From Octopus vulgaris (Eukaryota): a stretch of DNA of 64,000 bases. Location of the stretch: positions 21,576,001 to 21,640,000 of the forward strand of contig OX597823.1 in the NCBI GenBank assembly GCA_951406725.2. Reading direction: 5' to 3'. Position numbers and translations under genes: made by a program. Positions 58,373 to 64,000 of this stretch are shown here, one piece after another; position 1 is the stretch's first letter; every line of letters begins with the position of its first letter. The notes under the pieces were generated by a model, which searched no databases, had not been told where the DNA came from, and worked only from the letters and a program-made list of their open reading frames with translations.

Positions 58373-58866
58373 TCTAACGTATAAGAACATGGTGGCTGTG
58401 TGATGTATCATCAATTCACAGTATATGACGTAATTTATATGATATTTATTCAAACATTTACAATCTAGCTGTCTGTGAAGACGATATACAATTGCATGCG
58501 TGTTTGCGTGTACCTGCGTGTGCTTGTACGCGTGCGTGCATGCGTGTGACGGTACGCATGCGTGTTTGTTGGCGTCAATGTGTAAGCATATACACGTATT
58601 TGCATTTCTATCAGTGTGAGTGCGTCTGTGGGTGTGTGTTAATATCTATGCACGTATCACCGTTCTCCCTCTATCCTTGGCTTCCTATTACATTAAATCT
58701 TTGATATACTTGTATATAAATGAACGTATATACATATCTATTACTCTCTGTATCTTTCTTTCCCTCTCTCTGTCTCTCTTTCTGTCTGTCTGTCTGCTCT
58801 CTCTCTCTGTATATATATATATATATTATATGCATATACATATTTAAGTACATATATATATACGTG

Positions 58867-58900
<34 letters not shown>

Positions 58901-59257
58901 TGCATATACATATATATTTAGGTACATATATATGTATGTATATTTTCGACATATATTAATACACAAACACGTATTTCTGTGTAGTCTCGGTCACATGTAG
59001 ACATATCCTATATATCTTTATATGTATGTGTGTGTGTGCGTGTGTGTGTGTGCGTATGTGTGCGTGTGCGTGTGTGTGTGTGTATACACACACATATATA
59101 TACATATTTATATATATATATATACATATTTATATATATATACATATATATATGAATATATATATATATTTATATAAGTATATAGATGTAAGAATTATGT
59201 AAGTATGTTTGTGTGTATGTATGTATTTATGTCTATGCATTTAATATATATATGTTT

Positions 59258-59294
<37 letters not shown>

Positions 59295-59333
59295 GTATAC
59301 ATATATATATGAGTATATGTATATATGTGTATG

Positions 59334-59390
<57 letters not shown>

Positions 59391-59551
59391 GTGTGTGTGA
59401 TTGTGTATAGAAGAATATATTAATAAAAAGAATTCCAACCTTGTCTGATTTTCACGTTTTATTTACAATCTTATAATGATATATTATAAGATAATATATT
59501 ATAATTGAATAAAATAAAATGAAATAGTAGAATGTTAAATATTCATTCTGA

Positions 59552-59598
59552 TTGAACTAGTACTTTCATGCATTGAATTCTGCAATCTTCGGGTTCAT
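59552..59598 (-). ncRNA. Minimal type I hammerhead ribozyme of the PLE terminal region
   Basis: UGAAC-CCGAAGA-U-UGCA(GAAUUCAA)UGCA-U-GAAA-GUAC-UA-GUUCA; stem I UGAAC/GUUCA, palindromic helix III AGUACU; U4C variant. Confidence 0.7.
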
Positions 59599-59659
59599 GT
59601 AGTAGTGTTGACAGTCATGCTTCACAATTTTTGACTGTAGCAAGATGAGTGATTCTGTG

Positions 59660-59777
59660 CTATAAATACAGCTGGGTAGGCTCCAGAGTGCTAGGTTTTG
59701 CAAACTGTATTCTGACCAATCAGTGTGTAGTATCACTCAATTACTTAAGCTGATTGGTTGGTTGAGCTGATTGGTTT
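59660..59777 (-). promoter_or_regulatory. Putative Pol II promoter in PLE terminal region
   Basis: Three CCAATCAG boxes (two on minus, one on plus) followed on minus by TATTTATA (59661-59668), ~60 nt upstream of the HHR. Confidence 0.5.
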
Positions 59778-60094
59778 AGGCATCACGCTTTGTTGGACAG
59801 GTCAAGAGTCCTGTATCTTGACCCTGGCCGAAGCAGCAATTGTTGGGTTATTTTTAGAAATGTTGTAAATATCCTTTGTCAGAGATTTTTATATTTTTAT
59901 ATTTCAATTGTCATCATCATCATTGTCAGCACCTTAATTATTGTTGCTAGTGGTGATGGTGGTGGCAATAGAACTTTTAACCCTAAATAAGATAATTTTC
60001 CTGCTATCTTCGTCTTGATCACCTTTAGTATTGTTGTTGTTGTTGTTAGTGGTCATGGTCGTAGCAGTGGAAGTAATACCTCTAAGTATTATTA

Positions 60095-62422
60095 TTATTG
60101 CTTATTTAGCTTGGGTTCGAATTTATCAATAAAATTCTTTTCTCTGATTTTCCTCTCGATTTCACTTGGGCTGTGTAATTTGTAGAATGGAAATATTATA
60201 TATATTTTCCGACCACATGTTGCTAGGTGGTTACTCAAAGGTATCTGACGGACCTCTGGGTCTCTAATCTGTTGCCGGTGTACACGTGAGCGTTCTAATA
60301 GTGCGTTTCCCGTCTGACCTACATATATTTCTTCACAATTTGGGCATTTGATGCAGTAAATTAAATTTCTGCTTTTGCAGTTCATATTCGCGTTTGTGAA
60401 TATTTTCCCGGTTTTTGTGTTTATATATTGACCGGTATGTATGAATTGGCATGTGCCACATCGGCTATCATTGCATTTAGATACCGTGAATGTTTGGTCT
60501 TTGTTGCTGAGGTCAAATTTTGCCTTTGTTAGTAATGTTTTCAAGTTTTTAGGCTGTCTTTTACTAAGCACCATAGCTCGATCCTTGATTATGTCTTTTA
60601 ATTCATTACTTTGGGCAATGATTGGTAGGTTTGCTTTGGCAATGTTGAAGATATTCTGGTGACATGGGTTGTGTGTCACTATGAATGGTATGACTTGTTC
60701 TTGTTTTCCTCTTCCTTGGGTTGTCCTAAGTTGTTGTATAGGTATTTTTATAGCCCGCTGTATGCCATTTTCTATAAGTAGAGATGGGTATTTTTGTTTG
60801 AGCAAAAATTCTCTTAGTTCTATTAGGCGTTTGTTCCTGATATTTGCATCTTCTACAATAGTACAAATTCTTCTGGCTAGGCAGTATGGGATGTTACGTT
60901 TTGTATGTGGTGGATGGCACGACTTAAAATTTAGGTATTGATGTGTGTCTGTGTGTTTATAGTATATATCTGTGGTGATGGTGGTGTCTTTTTTAATTAC
61001 CATTATATCCAGGAATGGTAATTTGGTACTACTCATCTCCTTTGTAAATTTGAGAGATGGGTGTAGGTTGTTCAGGAGGATATTGAACTCTTCCAGAGTA
61101 TTTAGAGATTCTGTCCAGATTATGAAACAGTCGTCTAGGTATCTCTTCCATGCCTTTTCAATATACTTTCTAAATCCAGTGCCATAGTTTACCTCCACCT
61201 CTTGGTAGAGTTGTTCTTCTAAGTATCCCATTACAGAGTTGGCGTAAACGGGAGCAAACCTCGTTCCCATCGCCGTGCCTCTAATTTGGATGTAATTCTT
61301 TCCATTGAAGAAGAATGTGTTATTTTCTAGAATAAGTTTGACTGTGTCTAATATAAATGGCACTGTAAATCTGCTGGGAATCACTTCTCTATGTTTTTCT
61401 AACCAGTATTTAATCGCCTTTATTCCTAAATCGTGTGGAATATTGGTGTAGAGGCTTACCACATCAAAACTTAGTAAAACTGAATTTGTTTCTGTTGTTT
61501 TGGGAAGATGGGACAGGAAGTCGATGTCATCCCTGATGAAACTTGGTATGTAAGTACATAGTGGTTTCAAAACAATGTCAATAAGATTGCTTAGACGGTG
61601 TGTAGGGCATGCTGGACCAGCTATAATAGGTCTAAGTTTTAGGTCTTTTGGATGTAATAATTTTATGTACTCACTTTCTTGTTCTTTTACTGCCTGTTGA
61701 ATGTTTTTTGATTTGTGTATTTTTGGTAAGCCGTAGAAGTTGCTGGGTTTTGGTTCAAAATTGGTGATGTAGTCTTTTTCATTATCCGTAAGTGAGTTGT
61801 GGTGTGTTGAAATCAGGTTGTTGATCTTTTTCATGATGTGGTGGTCTATATTTGCGGGTATTTCACAATAGAAGGTTGTATCCTTCAGTTGGTGTTCAAC
61901 CAAATCCTTATAGTATTCGGTATCCATAATAACAATTGCACCACCTTTATCTGCTTGTTTAATTATTATTGTTTGATCGTTTTGTATACGTTTACATGCA
62001 GACATCTCTGATTTGCTAATGTTTGGCCTAACATTGGTATTGCGTCTAAGGGGAAATTTAGACAGGATATCAATGTATTGGTCAAGGTAGTTATTTCTTC
62101 CTTTTGGTGGGGTGAAATTTGATTTATTCCTTACTAGGGATTCATCAATCTCATTACTTTTGTTAGCGAAGAATTCTACAAGTCGTAATTTTCGACAGAA
62201 TTTTTGGATATCCTCCTTTAATTCTTGGTGGTTGGCTGTTGGTGTAGGTGTGAATTTCAGTCCTTTTGACAGAAGTTGGATTTCATCATTGTCAAGATCT
62301 CTTTTTGATAAATTAATTATTTTAGGATCTATACGTTCAGTTGTTTGGGGTATGTTTCCTCTTGGATTTTTTCTTTCTCCGGTGTTTGTTGTCCTGACGT
62401 AAAAAAATGGATTTTTTTCTGG
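60095..62422 (-). CDS. PLE reverse transcriptase-GIY-YIG endonuclease (frame open from 62422; first Met at 62005)
   Basis: N-terminal INLSKRDL..LLSKGLKFTP and FCRKLRLVEFF, ADKGG, FYGLPKIHK, LRPII, FDVVSLYTNIP, GTAMG, RYLDD, LPFLD; Cys-rich linker CNDSRCGTC; NLIYCIKCPNC..YVGQT..R..H..H..E..KLN. No stops. Confidence 0.95.
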   Translation of the reverse strand, partial: PEKNPFFYVRTTNTGERKNPRGNIPQTTERIDPKIINLSKRDLDNDEIQLLSKGLKFTPTPTANHQELKEDIQKFCRKLRLVEFFANKSNEIDESLVRNKSNFTPPKGRNNYLDQYIDILSKFPLRRNTNVRPNISKSEMSACKRIQNDQTIIIKQADKGGAIVIMDTEYYKDLVEHQLKDTTFYCEIPANIDHHIMKKINNLISTHHNSLTDNEKDYITNFEPKPSNFYGLPKIHKSKNIQQAVKEQESEYIKLLHPKDLKLRPIIAGPACPTHRLSNLIDIVLKPLCTYIPSFIRDDIDFLSHLPKTTETNSVLLSFDVVSLYTNIPHDLGIKAIKYWLEKHREVIPSRFTVPFILDTVKLILENNTFFFNGKNYIQIRGTAMGTRFAPVYANSVMGYLEEQLYQEVEVNYGTGFRKYIEKAWKRYLDDCFIIWTESLNTLEEFNILLNNLHPSLKFTKEMSSTKLPFLDIMVIKKDTTITTDIYYKHTDTHQYLNFKSCHPPHTKRNIPYCLARRICTIVEDANIRNKRLIELREFLLKQKYPSLLIENGIQRAIKIPIQQLRTTQGRGKQEQVIPFIVTHNPCHQNIFNIAKANLPIIAQSNELKDIIKDRAMVLSKRQPKNLKTLLTKAKFDLSNKDQTFTVSKCNDSRCGTCQFIHTGQYINTKTGKIFTNANMNCKSRNLIYCIKCPNCEEIYVGQTGNALLERSRVHRQQIRDPEVRQIPLSNHLATCGRKIYIIFPFYKLHSPSEIERKIREKNFIDKFEPKLNKQ

Positions 62423-63573
62423 TTATGATTTATATTTCTGTTGATGTTTGCTTGATGAATTTTGCGTTTTGGTTGTGGTACTTTACTTGGTTTCGTTATG
62501 TTTTCTGTCTTGTTTTTGGTATTATGTATGCTACTTTTCAATTTCTTGTTAGCATTGTTTTTAACCACCTGGAGAAATGATCTGGGTTTACTTCTAGATC
62601 TAGATCGGTTTTTTGTCCAGTTTCTTGTGGGTAATCTCTGTTGAGGTCTTGAAAATGATGTCCTGTTATTTCTACTGCTAATGGTCTGTTCAAAACAATA
62701 TCTATTTTGTTTGTGCTTTTTGTTCATGTTGTGTGCATTAGGGTGTTTGCATACAAAATGGGAAGAGTTCTTACCGTAGTTCGTCTTCGATTCGTGGTGA
62801 AACGGGTGTTCATGTTGCCACGTGTTCTGGTGTATGTTGCGTTGGTGAGGTTGTCCACTTTTAATGCTATTTCTCGGAGTTCTGGTGTCTTTACCGTAAT
62901 TTGTAGCATATTTGTCGAGAAATAATTGTTTCCGCTGCCAAAACTTTCTTGATCTGCTTTCTTCTTTTGAGATATCTCTGATCCATAGTTCTCGCATTTT
63001 TTCTGCTATATTGCCGGTCGTTAGTTTGGATATTTCATCTCTGATTTGATCATCGATAGCTTCGTATTTGGCTTTGTAGCGGGATTGTTTAGACAGGGTA
63101 ATGGAGATGTCGGTCCTGAATTTTATCAAACTAAGGTCCCATCGAAGTTTAGTTTCTTCCTCTGGTTCTCCTGCAATTTCTTTAATTAGGTACTTCCGAG
63201 GAAGTATGGGTGCCGCTAAAGATATCCATTTCGAATGTATTTCAGCATATTTTTCGCATTTATATGCCTTCCAGAAGTTTTGTTTTCTTATGTTAAGGAG
63301 TTTTTTCCATGTCTTCTGTATCTCTTCTCTTTTTCGGTGTGCCTCTTTTTCCAGATTTCTTTCGTTTATTTCTGACATCCAAGGAGGTTGTGGTAGGCTT
63401 TCTCTTGTAGATTTTATAATTGTTGGTATCATTTCAGCTAAATTCTTAATTTCAGAGTTTATGTGTTCATTTCCAAGTTTTCCGTCTGTAGACTGTTTTT
63501 CTATTTCCTTTAAAATAGAGGATTGTGTGTCAATCATCGTGATGAGTGTTGATAATTTCGATGAAATTTCCAT
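62329..63573 (-). CDS. PLE ORF1, 414 aa, predicted helical/coiled-coil N-half and basic N/K/R/S-rich C-half
   Basis: Long non-repetitive ORF, same strand as and overlapping the RT frame; RSRSRSKPRS tract; frame stays open upstream into the (TA)/(TC) microsatellite. Confidence 0.75.
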   Translation of the reverse strand: MEISSKLSTLITMIDTQSSILKEIEKQSTDGKLGNEHINSEIKNLAEMIPTIIKSTRESLPQPPWMSEINERNLEKEAHRKREEIQKTWKKLLNIRKQNFWKAYKCEKYAEIHSKWISLAAPILPRKYLIKEIAGEPEEETKLRWDLSLIKFRTDISITLSKQSRYKAKYEAIDDQIRDEISKLTTGNIAEKMRELWIRDISKEESRSRKFWQRKQLFLDKYATNYGKDTRTPRNSIKSGQPHQRNIHQNTWQHEHPFHHESKTNYGKNSSHFVCKHPNAHNMNKKHKQNRYCFEQTISSRNNRTSFSRPQQRLPTRNWTKNRSRSRSKPRSFLQVVKNNANKKLKSSIHNTKNKTENITKPSKVPQPKRKIHQANINRNINHNQKKIHFFTSGQQTPEKEKIQEETYPKQLNV

Positions 63574-63632
63574 TAGAATTCTTTCGGATTCTGTTAATTT
63601 TGTTTGTTGCTTTCCATATATATATATATGGG

Positions 63633-63675
<43 letters not shown>

Positions 63676-64000
63676 AGAGTAGAAAACGAAGCCACAGAAT
63701 TATTGCTAAATTGAATTAAAGAACTAGAAAGCCTTACAGTATAGTTAATACAATTTATATAAAGTAATAAATTGCCATTGCTTAAAGTCAAAAGCTAAAT
63801 ATTTCTGTATAAAATATCTTTATCAAACGCACGAAAGAATATTATCATAAAAGTAGCTATGGTACATCAGCAGATCTTAGACTGCCATTCCGCCTTTATC
63901 AACGATGAAGTCATCTTCTTGCGAGAATCTTTTGTATGAAGAAAACCCTTAGACAGGCTTTTCATTAGAGAAATCCTTTGGTCTTGAATGACATTTTATG

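Larger units (their letters stand above)
59410..63615 (-). mobile_element. Penelope-like retroelement (Neptune-type), two-ORF, probably 5'-truncated, between (TA)n-rich microsatellites
   Basis: Intact RT + GIY-YIG ORF, overlapping upstream ORF, 3' terminal region with CCAAT/TATA motifs and a hammerhead; microsatellites at both ends. Confidence 0.9.

Noticed and set aside
60441-63682. Plus-strand ORFs overlapping the PLE
   Set aside because: Antisense shadows of the minus-strand coding frames
63672-64000. Possible continuation of PLE ORF1 or a host exon beyond the (GA)n tract
   Set aside because: Short frames with stops, no recognisable motif, truncated by the window edge

Overview
AT-rich, microsatellite-saturated animal DNA, intergenic or intronic. 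The SINE families and repeat landscape suggest a cephalopod such as Octopus (inference). I can support no host protein-coding exon, and nearly all ORF-track entries are microsatellite or SINE read-through. The one intact coding unit is a Penelope-like retroelement (PLE, Neptune-type RT plus GIY-YIG) on the minus strand at ~59.4-63.6 kb. It has an extra 414-aa upstream ORF. Its RT frame is open ~139 codons upstream of the first AUG and overlaps ORF1 in the -1 frame at a U_UUU_UUU heptamer. Its 3' terminal region carries CCAAT/TATA motifs and a minimal hammerhead ribozyme (HHR). Reading both strands gives at least six complete and several partial HHR motifs in non-coding elements, most beside (TA)n tracts. 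These include HHRs with very long helix-II inserts and fold-back palindromes with outward-facing HHR halves, suggesting a PLE-driven, retrozyme-like ecosystem. Also present: R4/Dong-type LINE fragments in (TAA)n and (CATA)n, CR1 fragments, many tRNA-derived SINEs, Tc1/mariner/pogo relics, a TTAA-flanked element nested in a MITE, non-autonomous Helitrons and a 5S rRNA-like copy. All folds and alignments were done by eye, and repeat boundaries are approximate.
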